Origin: an uncultured cyanobacterium | GTDB lineage: Bacteria > Cyanobacteriota > Cyanobacteriia > Cyanobacteriales > CAWUOF01 | Direction: 5' to 3' | Length of the DNA stretch: 64,000 nucleotides | NCBI GenBank assembly: GCA_963744145.1 | Contig: CAVUSO010000001.1 | Coordinates: 1,934,831 to 1,998,830 of the forward strand | Shown here: piece after piece, positions 1 through 10,500 of the stretch | How the letters are laid out: each line of letters starts with the position of its first letter | How positions within the stretch are numbered: the first letter of the stretch is position 1 | Notes under the pieces: model-generated | The model's database searches: none | What the model saw: the letters and a program-made list of their open reading frames with translations, nothing else | Told to the model about the DNA's origin: nothing | Program-made: the position numbers and the translations under genes

Positions 1-588
1 AATGATTTTGCTTTAAGTCCAGATAACGAAACTATAGCTTTTGGTACTTGGGATAAAAAAATTAAAATATGGGATCTAAATGCTGGAAAACTATTAAAAA
101 CCCTTAATGATAGCCCTCGTTCCCTTGTGATCAGTCCAGATGGAAAAGCCTTAATTAGCGGTGGTAATGATGGCACAATAAAGATTTGGAATCTTGCTAC
201 AGGAAATTTGCTGAATACACTCTATGATAACTATAATAATAATTGGGTTGGCGCTCTGGCCATCACTCCAGACGGAAAAACTTTAGTTAGTGGTGGTGAT
301 TTACAGAGGATTAAGTTGTGGGATTTAGCTACAGGTAAATTATTAAATACCCTCGATGATCATCGTGGTTCTATTACGGCGATCGCCATTAGTTCTGATG
401 GTAATAAAATTGTGAGCGGTAGTGGTGATGGTGATAAAGCCATCAAAGTATGGGATTTGACTACAGGAAAATTACTATACTCTCTTAAAGGTAATGAGTG
501 GCCTACTTGGTCTGTTGCTATCGCCAGAGATGGAAAAACAATCGTTAGTAGTGATAGTATTCACATTAATATATGGCGATTACCTTGA
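1..588 (+). CDS. WD40-repeat protein, 5'-truncated at window edge (C-terminal beta-propeller; probable paralog of the downstream kinase-WD40 gene)
   Basis: Frame 1 is open from nt 1. Translation (NDFALSPDNETIAFGTWDKKIKIWDLNAGKLL...) parallels residues about 530-723 of the 898..3069 protein. Multiple 'K[IV]W[DN]L.TG' WD40 repeats. Stop at 586-588. Confidence 0.8.
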   Translation, partial: NDFALSPDNETIAFGTWDKKIKIWDLNAGKLLKTLNDSPRSLVISPDGKALISGGNDGTIKIWNLATGNLLNTLYDNYNNNWVGALAITPDGKTLVSGGDLQRIKLWDLATGKLLNTLDDHRGSITAIAISSDGNKIVSGSGDGDKAIKVWDLTTGKLLYSLKGNEWPTWSVAIARDGKTIVSSDSIHINIWRLP

Positions 589-592
589 CTAA

Positions 593-614
593 GGGTGAGT
601 TCACCCAGATTTTT
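593..614 (+). terminator. putative rho-independent terminator (GGGTGAGTTCACCC hairpin followed by T-run)
   Basis: Inverted repeat gggtga/tcaccc immediately after the stop at 588, followed by agatttttg. Also resembles a fragment of the dispersed repeat family. Confidence 0.35.
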
Positions 615-897
615 GAAATTTACCTACTAATCATAAAAACCCACCCTCACCTACAGAGCAATCTTATTAATGGATCGTCGATCGCATTTCTCAGAGTGAG
701 CAATCCCCACCCTGATTGAGATACTAGAGCTAAAATATCCCACATTCCGCACCCTCAAATTAGAGTTTTTGCATCTGTATTGCATTTATTTGGTGAGGAT
801 AATTGCTAAAAACCTTACTCATAAAAGAATTAAGATGTGTGACACTTAGGGTGTGGAATCTGGGAAATATAGATAGATATATCAACCAGTAACCGAT

Positions 898-3069
898 ATG
901 GGTATCTGTATTAACCCGGACTGTCTGACTCCCAATTACCCCCATGACCCCGCTCACCGCTACTGTCAAAGTTGTGGTTCTGATTTACTGTTAGTGGGAC
1001 GTTATCGCGTGACATCTCTGTTGAGTGATAATAGTGGTTTTGGCACCATCTATGAAGCTGATGAACAGAATATCCCCAAAATTCTCAAAGTTCTCAAAAA
1101 ACAGCTCAATCATCAGCCCAAAGCGGTAGAATTATTTCAGCAGGAAGTAGAAGTTTTGCAACAGCTAGATCATCCTGGGATTCCCAAAGTGGATGGTTAT
1201 TTTCAGTATCAGACTAAGCATAATCTATCCCTACATTGTTTTGTGATGGAAAAAATTGATGGTCTCAATCTTGAACAGTGGTTAGAACTACGGCTAAATC
1301 AACCTATTGATGAAAAAACAGCGATTAAATGGCTCAAGCAAGTTACAGAAATTTTAGATAAAGTTCATCAAAAAGACTATTTTCACCGGGATATTAAACC
1401 ATCAAATATCATGGTACGCGGGAATGGGCAATTAGTTTTAATTGATTTTGGAACAGCGAGAGAAATTACAGGTACTTATCTAGCCAAAGTCAGTCGAAAA
1501 AAAGAAGAAGTTACAGGAATTATTACGCCAGGTTATACACCTTTAGAACAAGCTAATGGTCAAGCATTACCCCAATCAGATTTTTTTGCATTAGGACGTA
1601 CTTTTGTATATTTAGTAACAGGAGAATCGCCAAATTTCATGAAGATAAATCCTTATACAGGAGAATTAATTTGGCAAGATCAAACTAAACATATATCACC
1701 GCAATTGATAGATTTAATCAATTATTTAATAGCTCCATTTCCCGGACAACGTCCCAAAAATGCTCAAGAAATTTTATCTCGATTGACAGAAATTGAGCAA
1801 AAAAACAAAACTTTATATCAATCTCAAAATCTTTCATCTAAAAAAATAAATCTTTCTCAAAAACATAAAAATATTCAACATCAAGCAGTTTCCCCTACTC
1901 TAATCCAAGGGAAAAAACCTACTCATGTGTCAAGAAACTCGTTATCAATTTTTTGGATATCAAGTTATTTCTGGATAAAATTAATAGAAGTGTTATTAAG
2001 TGCTTTGATAGCAATGTTATTGGTAGGATCGATAATATTTATTAGTATACGGGGACATGAGATTGATATTGATAATCGTCTAGTACCGATTAAGCATGTT
2101 GATCCATCTCAAGTACCGGTTTATCCCTATAATCATCGTAATAAATATTTAATTAAACAGATAAATGTACCATATCAAGTCTATTCGCTAGTAATTAGTC
2201 CAGATATAAAAACTCTAGTTAGTAGCCATCCCGAAAGAGTCATCATGTGGGATATAAACACAGGAATGATATTAAATCAGATTCAGGTTACTTGGGAATC
2301 TATTACACCTAAAAAATATTCTAATTCAGATATTTCTATTGCGATCAGTCGGGATAGTAAAACGGTCGTTTGTAGCTGTGTTGATCATACAATTAAAGTT
2401 TGGAATTTGGTTACAGGTGAGTTAATTAAAAGTTTTCCAGGAGGAGATAATACTCTAATTAATGTGCTTTCTGATATTAATATTAATAAGTTTGCTTTAA
2501 GTCCGGATAACGAAACTCTAGCTCTTGGTACTTTGGGTAAAATTAAAATATGGGATCTAAATGCTGGAAAACTATTAAAAACTCTTAATGATAGCCCTAG
2601 TTCCCTTGTGATCAGTCCAGATGGAAAACTCTTAATTAGTGGTGGTAATGATGGCAAAATTGGCAAAATAAAGATTTGGAATCTTGCTACAGGAAATTTG
2701 CTGAATACACTCTATGATAACTATAATAGTTGGGTTGGCGCTCTGGCCATCACTCCAGACGGAAAAACTTTAGTTAGTAGTGGTTCAAAGGGGATTAAGT
2801 TGTGGGATTTAGCTACAGGTAAATTATTAAATACCCTGGATTATCGTGGTGGTTATATTACAGCGATCGCCATTAGTTCTGATGGCCAGAAAATTGTGAG
2901 CGGTGGTGATATTGATAAAGCCATCAAAGTATGGGATTTGACTACAGGAAAATTACTATACTCTCTTGAAGGTAATGAGTGGCATACTTTGTCTGTTGCC
3001 ATTGCTAGAGATGGAAAAACAATTGTTAGTAGTGATAGTATTCACATTAATATATGGCGATTACCTTAA
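898..3069 (+). CDS. Ser/Thr protein kinase with N-terminal zinc-ribbon, TM segment and C-terminal WD40 repeats
   Basis: CxxC...CxxC at N-terminus (CINPDC...CQSCGS). Hanks kinase motifs HRDIKPSNIM and DFG. Hydrophobic stretch (ISSYFWIKLIEVLLSALIAMLLVGSIIFISI). C-terminal WD40 repeats. Confidence 0.85.
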   Translation: MGICINPDCLTPNYPHDPAHRYCQSCGSDLLLVGRYRVTSLLSDNSGFGTIYEADEQNIPKILKVLKKQLNHQPKAVELFQQEVEVLQQLDHPGIPKVDGYFQYQTKHNLSLHCFVMEKIDGLNLEQWLELRLNQPIDEKTAIKWLKQVTEILDKVHQKDYFHRDIKPSNIMVRGNGQLVLIDFGTAREITGTYLAKVSRKKEEVTGIITPGYTPLEQANGQALPQSDFFALGRTFVYLVTGESPNFMKINPYTGELIWQDQTKHISPQLIDLINYLIAPFPGQRPKNAQEILSRLTEIEQKNKTLYQSQNLSSKKINLSQKHKNIQHQAVSPTLIQGKKPTHVSRNSLSIFWISSYFWIKLIEVLLSALIAMLLVGSIIFISIRGHEIDIDNRLVPIKHVDPSQVPVYPYNHRNKYLIKQINVPYQVYSLVISPDIKTLVSSHPERVIMWDINTGMILNQIQVTWESITPKKYSNSDISIAISRDSKTVVCSCVDHTIKVWNLVTGELIKSFPGGDNTLINVLSDININKFALSPDNETLALGTLGKIKIWDLNAGKLLKTLNDSPSSLVISPDGKLLISGGNDGKIGKIKIWNLATGNLLNTLYDNYNSWVGALAITPDGKTLVSSGSKGIKLWDLATGKLLNTLDYRGGYITAIAISSDGQKIVSGGDIDKAIKVWDLTTGKLLYSLEGNEWHTLSVAIARDGKTIVSSDSIHINIWRLP

Positions 3070-3380
3070 CCCACCAACGATTCCCAATCCAGCCAAGCAA
3101 TCATCATGATTAGAGTCAAACTTATGGATCACCAATATTCTGGGATAGGAAAGTCTTTGGGTAGCAGTAATTGATTGGAATCAAATTAGAGAAATAGAGG
3201 ATATTATTCCCAGCAATTTTAGCTTGCCTGAAAGTGATATAGCTCTACCAATATCCTGATTACTACTCTGATCCGCAACGGTAATTTATTAGATCGATAG
3301 CGATCGCTTGAAAAATGGCCTGGGAAATATCCCAATTTTTGATCACCTCCACAGTTTTCCAGGGACTACAATAAAATGCT

Positions 3381-5273
3381 CTACTTCCGCAAAATTACTA
3401 ACTCGTGGTTGCAGCTTTTTAACACCGTGATTCTGATTTTTAAAACTTCTTGCCATATTTTTATGCTGCAATATTTTTTGATCGGTTTATAATACCAGTC
3501 ATCATCTTCGACCCTGAGAACCACTGCAAAAATACCACCTGGTTTGAGAATCCGAATCAGTTCCTCAAAGCTTTCTAAAGGAACTTGATTGCGAGTAAAA
3601 ACGCCTGTTGATACTAAAGCATCAAACTGATGATCTGCAAAAGAAAGAGTTTTACCCAACTCTTCTAGATGCAAAGTATTGTATATACCCTGATCTCTTA
3701 ATATATCTAAAGATTTTTGGCTGATGTCGAGACCTTGGATATTTTTGAAGCCATAAGAATTGAGTTCTCGACCCAATAATCCTGTCCCACATCCAATATC
3801 TAAAATTAAAGCATCTTTCTTTAAATATGATGTGAGGGTGTAAGCAATATGGTTGAGTAAAACTGTCCAGCCGTTATCGTAATGTTCCCGATCGTAAAAT
3901 GATACCCAAGTATCGTATTTACCCTTCACTTCTTCGATATTTTCAAAGTAGTCTGTTAATCCATTGGGATAATCTTGATGCTCGTCTTGTCTCAAAATTT
4001 TATACAGAACATCTTTGATAATATAGCCGATTAAATTAAGGTCATCGCCATCAAAATAAGATGGCAATCTCAGATCGCAAGCCGCAGAAATAATCGCTTC
4101 AGTTTTTGCCAGACTGGGTATTTCTGTAAATGAGTATTGCCAGTTTTTGTAATAACGAGAATTATCGTCTCTGCCAAAAATCTGGATAGCCACACCCCTT
4201 TCGTTAGTTTGTTCAACAAATTGATCGACCTGTTCTGAAGTTACTCCTAACAGATTAAATTGCAAACTGTCAGGCGCAGGTTTCACTTTTGCCAAAGGAG
4301 AGGGAATATAAATATTTTTGACGGAACTGAGAATTTCTACTAATCGATCGTACTTTTGTATACCTTGAGATATCTTGGTTTCTAAAAATTCTAGTTGAGG
4401 TCTTAAGACAGCAGCAGTTAAGTTACTCATTCGCAAACTAAAATTGGGAACATGAGGCTTCAATTCTTCAAATAAATTGTCATCATCAGGACGAGCTAGA
4501 TGTTTCTTATACAACTTTTCGTAAGAACCTGATCCTAGAATACAATAGGCAGCAAATTGGGGATGATTAGTGGCAATTAAACCACCTTCACCAGAGTTGA
4601 GTAATTTATAACTTTGGGTACTAAAGCAAGCAATTTCTCCATGATGTCCTACTAAGTTGCCATCCCATTCAGCACCTAAACTATGAGCGCAATCTTCGAT
4701 TAAATAAATTCCAGCGTTATCGCAAATATTCTTGACAGCATCTATATCTGAAATATGTCCCCTCATGTGGGACAAAACCAAAAACTTGGCGTCTGGATAA
4801 TTTGCTACTTGATGTTTTAAATCTTCAATATCAATTCCATATTCAGAGTTACACTCAACATAGAGTGGAACTCCACCAGCATGAACAATACTACTAGGAA
4901 CTGCGGTAAAGGTAAAAGCATTAGTCAATACTTTGTTTCCCGACTTTACCCCAATTGCTTTCAGGGCTAAAAAGAGCGCACTTCCACAAGAATTAACTGC
5001 AATCACATACTTGTGTTTCGTGTAGAGACTAAACTCATATTCCAGATTAGCTACTTCAGTTGCTAATTGTTCATCTTCATCTTTTAACCCATAAACATTA
5101 CTATAATTGCTCAAATCATCTGAAAAATTATAGCGATAAAGTCTTCCTGTTTGCATCAATTTGATTGCTTGCTGAATACCTGCTTGAGGAATTGGATCGG
5201 GGGTTTTGAAACTTTTATTAAATTTAGTTACTGATTTTTGTTCTTTTTGTGATTCTGTAATATTGGTTTTCAT
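3381..5273 (-). CDS. bifunctional fusion: DegT/DnrJ/EryC1/StrS-family PLP-dependent aminotransferase (N-terminal) plus class I SAM-dependent methyltransferase (C-terminal)
   Basis: N-terminal region with GSALFLALKAIG, EDCAHSLGA and FSTQSYK (PLP lysine region) typical of DegT family. C-terminal LDIGCGTGLLG...ILKPGGIFAV methyltransferase motifs I and post-I. Confidence 0.7.
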   Translation of the reverse strand: MKTNITESQKEQKSVTKFNKSFKTPDPIPQAGIQQAIKLMQTGRLYRYNFSDDLSNYSNVYGLKDEDEQLATEVANLEYEFSLYTKHKYVIAVNSCGSALFLALKAIGVKSGNKVLTNAFTFTAVPSSIVHAGGVPLYVECNSEYGIDIEDLKHQVANYPDAKFLVLSHMRGHISDIDAVKNICDNAGIYLIEDCAHSLGAEWDGNLVGHHGEIACFSTQSYKLLNSGEGGLIATNHPQFAAYCILGSGSYEKLYKKHLARPDDDNLFEELKPHVPNFSLRMSNLTAAVLRPQLEFLETKISQGIQKYDRLVEILSSVKNIYIPSPLAKVKPAPDSLQFNLLGVTSEQVDQFVEQTNERGVAIQIFGRDDNSRYYKNWQYSFTEIPSLAKTEAIISAACDLRLPSYFDGDDLNLIGYIIKDVLYKILRQDEHQDYPNGLTDYFENIEEVKGKYDTWVSFYDREHYDNGWTVLLNHIAYTLTSYLKKDALILDIGCGTGLLGRELNSYGFKNIQGLDISQKSLDILRDQGIYNTLHLEELGKTLSFADHQFDALVSTGVFTRNQVPLESFEELIRILKPGGIFAVVLRVEDDDWYYKPIKKYCSIKIWQEVLKIRITVLKSCNHELVILRK

Positions 5274-5533
5274 TGTTAATCATCTCCCGATGTATAAGTT
5301 TTTAATCATTATTGAGATTGAAACGCTGTTATTGACATTGACTTTCATATAAAAACAGTATCATGTTATTTCCGTTACATGAACATTCCAAAATTCCAAC
5401 TTTTTAATATCGGAATAATAGGCCAAATAAAGTATAATTTGGGAATTATCTAGCCAAAGCTCGCCAAAGCTAACTTAAGCCTCCTAATCAAACCGGATAA
5501 TCCTAGGTCGATGTCTAGAACCATAACCCACGG

Positions 5534-6295
5534 TTATGAATCGAATTCCGATTCCATGAGGTTAGGGTTTAGAATCGACACTGGAAAATTAATTGGCTCA
5601 GTATCCGCAACTGACAGTGCTGCAACAATCGGCTCGTTGACTTGGATTTCGCCATACTTCTCCATATCCTGAGATTTGCTCTGACCGAAAACCATTGCCA
5701 CCAGTACAAGAGTTGCACCAATCAGACCTCGTACTCCCAGTTTCTCTCCCAGTAGTAAAAACGAGAAAACCGCTCCGAAAATCGGATCAAGGGTATAGAT
5801 TAGCGCCGTTTCGTAAGCGTTAACCCATCGTTGAGCCACTGCTTGGAGAACAATAGTAGCAGCAGTATCAAATAAACCAAGGTATAAGAGTAAACCAAAG
5901 TTCGTACCAATTACCTCATGTTGTCTAACCAAATCTGGAGCTGCCCAGATTAAAGATACTACCGCGATCGCCCAAATCTGGATCGCTGTGAGTGGCAAAA
6001 TGGGGTGGCGCAACGTGATGCACTCAAGCTTGAGAATGTAGATCGAGTAAAGGAAGGCGTTACCTAACATCAAGAGATCGCCGATAACTATTTCTTCACT
6101 CTCCCAACACATCACTCCTACACCCAAGATGGCAATTCCTGCGGCTCCGAAAGTTTTCAGGAACACCTGCCGACCTAGCAATTGCCCCAACAGAGGAACT
6201 AGGATGACATTGAAACTGGCAATGAATGCAGCATGATTTGCCGAGGTAGTTTCAAGGGCAAATGTTTGGAGCGTTAAGGTACTAAAGATGATCAA
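5534..6295 (-). CDS. DMT-superfamily (EamA-like) membrane transporter
   Basis: Multi-TM hydrophobic protein with EamA-like repeats (GAAGIAILGVGVM..., LLGEKLGVRGLIGATLVLVAMV). The true start may lie upstream of the annotated M. Confidence 0.55.
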   Translation of the reverse strand: MIIFSTLTLQTFALETTSANHAAFIASFNVILVPLLGQLLGRQVFLKTFGAAGIAILGVGVMCWESEEIVIGDLLMLGNAFLYSIYILKLECITLRHPILPLTAIQIWAIAVVSLIWAAPDLVRQHEVIGTNFGLLLYLGLFDTAATIVLQAVAQRWVNAYETALIYTLDPIFGAVFSFLLLGEKLGVRGLIGATLVLVAMVFGQSKSQDMEKYGEIQVNEPIVAALSVADTEPINFPVSILNPNLMESEFDS

Positions 6296-6493
6296 TCCTA
6301 AGAAGACTCCATCCCTTAGTAGGGAAAGATTAAGGAAGCGTAAATAGGGGGTGAAAGATTATTGACATTAATTTCCAAGCAAAATAAAGTATAATTTTAT
6401 TTCTGCAAAAGGAACATTCCAGATTTTCAACTTTTTTATATCTGTATAATCGACAAAATCGAGGATATTTTAAAGCCCATCGCCGCTCATCTG

Positions 6494-7480
6494 ATGTCAA
6501 TCTCTAGGATTTGTGAAAACCAACCTGACTCTGCCCCTGTTGTCGTCACGCGCCAGTTCGACGATATTGATGTTTGTGCCCAAGCCATCAAACAGTTAAA
6601 CATCACTGGCACCCAGTTAACCTCTGGTCAGTTTGCGGGGAGAGTTAGTTTTGCTGACTTGGGGAGTCTGAAGTTTACCGATGCTACCTATAATCAAGGG
6701 ATAAGAATAAAAGGGTTAAAGAATCCTCATCTGCTAGGATTTACGATCGCACTTCAAGGTGAGCAGACCCAGGTTCTAGCCCATGGTTGCCCGATTAAAA
6801 AACACGATCTATTTGGGTTCGATCCCACGAAAGAAAACGATGTGATCACAGGAAAAGATGCTCACATAGTCCTGGCTAACGTTGATTTGTTCTTTTTCCA
6901 GTCCCTAGCCGAGCAAATGGGATACCATGACTTAGGGCAAAAGTTTTTCCAGCAAAATTTACTCCATTTCGATCTCGCTTCATTTCGCCATCTCAGAGCT
7001 TATTATCAGCAAGTCTCTCAAATATTGATTCATAAACCATCATTATTCGAGTCGCAAGCACAATCTTACATCATTGAAAATTTCTTGCCGTTGCTGATGG
7101 ATACGATCGGAGCGAGTATCCGACAAAAAAGGCCGATCATAAAAACTTTACGCCGTTATCCTATAGTGAAAAAAGCCGAAGAAATTTCCCAATCCTACAT
7201 TAACAAACCCTTAACCCTTAAACAATTGTGTGACGCATTGGAAACTAGCAGTAGTGCATTATATTATGGATTTCAAGACATTTTTGGTATGAGTCCAATG
7301 GCAGTTTATATCAAGATTCAAAGACTGAATGGGGTACGTCGCGCTTTAAAAAAAGCTGACCCTAGTGCAATAATGGTGATGAAGTTGGCTCATGAGTGGG
7401 GATTTTGGAGTCCAGGGCATTTTGCTAGAGATTACCGACAAATGTTTGGTGAGTTGCCATCAGAAACACTGCGACGGTAA
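6494..7480 (+). CDS. AraC-family transcriptional regulator
   Basis: C-terminal AraC-type HTH (LKQLCDALETSSSALYYGFQDIFGMSPMAVYIKIQRL...WGFWSPGHFARDYRQMFGELPS). N-terminal cupin/ligand-binding-like region. Confidence 0.8.
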   Translation: MSISRICENQPDSAPVVVTRQFDDIDVCAQAIKQLNITGTQLTSGQFAGRVSFADLGSLKFTDATYNQGIRIKGLKNPHLLGFTIALQGEQTQVLAHGCPIKKHDLFGFDPTKENDVITGKDAHIVLANVDLFFFQSLAEQMGYHDLGQKFFQQNLLHFDLASFRHLRAYYQQVSQILIHKPSLFESQAQSYIIENFLPLLMDTIGASIRQKRPIIKTLRRYPIVKKAEEISQSYINKPLTLKQLCDALETSSSALYYGFQDIFGMSPMAVYIKIQRLNGVRRALKKADPSAIMVMKLAHEWGFWSPGHFARDYRQMFGELPSETLRR

Positions 7481-7579
7481 TTTGAAATAATCGGTAGTGT
7501 CTGTCCTAGTTATTTTTAATTTCTTGTTTAATCTGCTTCTGGAGGGCGATCGCCTGTATAATTCAGAAATATCTAGCTG

Positions 7580-10500
7580 ATGTCTGTCAAGTCTGAAACT
7601 ATGCTGTCATCTATTTTTACAACCTGTGATCCACGCGATGAAGTCCTTGGTGGTAACTTATCCGAGGATATTTTTGCAGCTAAACTGAAGCAAGTAGTAG
7701 ATGGTAACGCACCTTTAGTTTACCAAGATCCACAGATATTTTTTGCTAATACATTTCCTACCAACGGACTCAAAACACTTATTTCAGAAGTATTTGGACG
7801 TTTAACAGGTGTTGATACTGGTTCCCCTGTAATTCGGTTAGAAACAAGCTTTGGTGGTGGAAAAACCCACGATGAAATCGCCCTTTGGCATATTGCTAAA
7901 AATGGACGGTGTATTAGTGGGTTAGATCGATTTATTAATGACATCAATATTATTCCAGATCAGCCGATTCAAGTAGCAGCGATCGCTTGTCAAGACCTAG
8001 ATCCGGTCAATGGTGTTTTCCATGAAGAATCAGGGATAAAAATTCATACCCTTTGGGGAGAAATAGCTTATCAAATTGGTGGAATAGAAGGTTATAGTTT
8101 ACTGAGAGGTTCGGACGAGCAGAAAGTTAGCCCAGGTACAGTTGTATTAGAAAAACTGACTAAAAAAGAACCAACAGTAATTATCCTTGATGAAATCGCT
8201 CAGTATCTGCGTCGCGCTAAAGCAATTCCTATTGGTAATAGTGATCTATCTGAACAAGTAGTTGCATTTCTATTTGCACTGATGGATTTAACTGCTGCTT
8301 GTAATAATATAGTATTTGTCTACACCCTAGCATCAATATCCGATACATTTGGCACTGAAACCGCAGATATTAAAGAAGCATTACAAGCATCAGCTCGACA
8401 AGAAAGGGTACTTAGTCCTAGTACGGATATGGAAATTTACAACATTGTTAAGCAGCGGATTTTTAAGAGGATTGAGGATAAAGCTGCTGATCTTGCTGCT
8501 AAGGATTATTTTAGTGTTTACCAAAACAGTCGGTTAAATCTACCTGATAGCTGTAAAGATGCTAACTATACTCAGGTATTAAAGTCTAGCTATCCCTTTT
8601 CACCGGAACTCTTTACTCTATTAACTAAAAAAATTGCTTCAATTCCTAATTTTCAACGCACCAGAGGAGCTTTACGATTACTTGCAATGGTAGTAAGACA
8701 TCTTTGGTTGGATACATCGGTATGGATACCAATGATTCATCCCCATCATATTCCTATTGGTGTAGATGAAGGTGTCACCAGTGAATTTACTTCTCGGTTA
8801 GAACGTCCCTTAATGCGAAACCCGATTCAAGCAGATATTTTTAATCCTGATGGTAAACTTGCTCATGCTCAAATATATGATGAAGAGTGGTTAGTAGCAG
8901 GAAAACCACCTTTTACAACATGGGTAGCAAGGACTATTTTTCTTCATTCAATTAATCAAGGGACTGTCGCAGGAATTCGACGCGCTGAGTTAAATTTAGC
9001 GTTACTTACTCCCAAGATTGAGATTAGTTTTATTGAACCGGTACTAGAACGTTTGACGACTGTAGCATGGTATTTAGATATTGATCCGGTGACAACGATC
9101 GCTCGTTTTAAAGAAGAGCCATCAATTAATAAAATTATTGCTGAGGAAAAAGAACAGATTCACACACTAGCTGCTAAAGAAACTCTGCGATCGCGACGGG
9201 ATAGTATTTTTGCTAATCAAGTATTTACCTTAGTTACTAATCCGGAAAGTGCGGGAGATGTGGATGATCAACCTGATGATATTGCTCTGTGTATAATTGA
9301 CTTTGATCAAGAAACTGTATCAGCACCAACGGATGGAGTACCTCCTCTAGTAGAACAAATTTTTCATAATACCGGGGAGTCTGGTAAGTTCCGGATATTT
9401 CGGAATCGGCTGCTTTTCTTAGTAGCAAATAAACATGAATTACAACGAGCGATCGAGATTACTAAAGAATATTTGGCAATCCAAAATATTTTGAAGTCAC
9501 CAAACCGTCTCGAAGATTTGTCTGAGTATCAGCGGAAGCAACTGCGAGAAAGGAGTGGAGCTAAAGATTTAGATGTAAGAGTTTCTTTAACTAATACCTA
9601 TCGTCATCTTTTTTATCCAACTAGCGATGCTGTCAAAGCACCAAAGGGATTATTACACTTCACTTTACCCGCTGAAGCTACAGGATATATAAAAGGAAAT
9701 AAGAATCAGCAGGATGTTATTCTCAAAGCTTTAAAAGATTGCGAAAAAATTCGCAAGGAAGATTTAGCTCCTGTTGCTCCTGCTTACATTTTGCAAAAAG
9801 TTTGGTTAGCAGGAATTGATCACTGGACGACCAAAGCTTTGCGCGAAGAATTTGCTAAGAAGCTTTCTCTAAATATGCTCCTTGATGCAGATATTTCCAA
9901 ACTAAGGGAAACCATCCGCACTGGAATAGAGAAAGGTCAATGGGATTTGAAAGTTGGTAATAAAGTCTATATTCTCTCTGACGATGGAAAATTACCAAAT
10001 TTGCCAGATACAATTGAGTTTTCTGATCGGATGGAGTTATATCGACGTGGGATTCTAAAACCTCCTGAACCCCGTGTGATTGAGTTTAATGCTCAAGTTA
10101 TGTCTAGTAGTAATTTAGCTAAACCTGTTCGTCTACGATGGCGATCGCTAGGTGCTTTATCAATTCAAGTTTATCAGGATAATATCCCGCTAACTGGTGA
10201 ATTTTCACCAACAGATAATTATGAAGTTGAAATTACCCAAACCACAACTTTCAAAATTGTCGCTGACTATGGTAATGGTGAAACCGCAGAAAAAGAAACT
10301 CAGGCTACAATTGCTTCCTATTCGACCCCAATCAGTGCAAAGACTAAGTTTCATGATACACCATCAATTTTTGAGGTTAAACCTGAGATCATAGAAGAAA
10401 ATGGGACTGTTAATGCTGCTTTTACCGCATTTAGCGATCGCTGTTCTGATGACAAAGTTAAAGGAGTTAAGAGTTTAGAAATTGCGGTGGATCAGGTGAT

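Noticed and set aside
760-969. 69 aa minus-strand ORF upstream of the kinase gene
   Set aside because: It lies in the promoter region and overlaps the 5' end of the 898-3069 gene on the opposite strand. It has no motifs and a low-complexity hydrophobic composition, so it is probably spurious.
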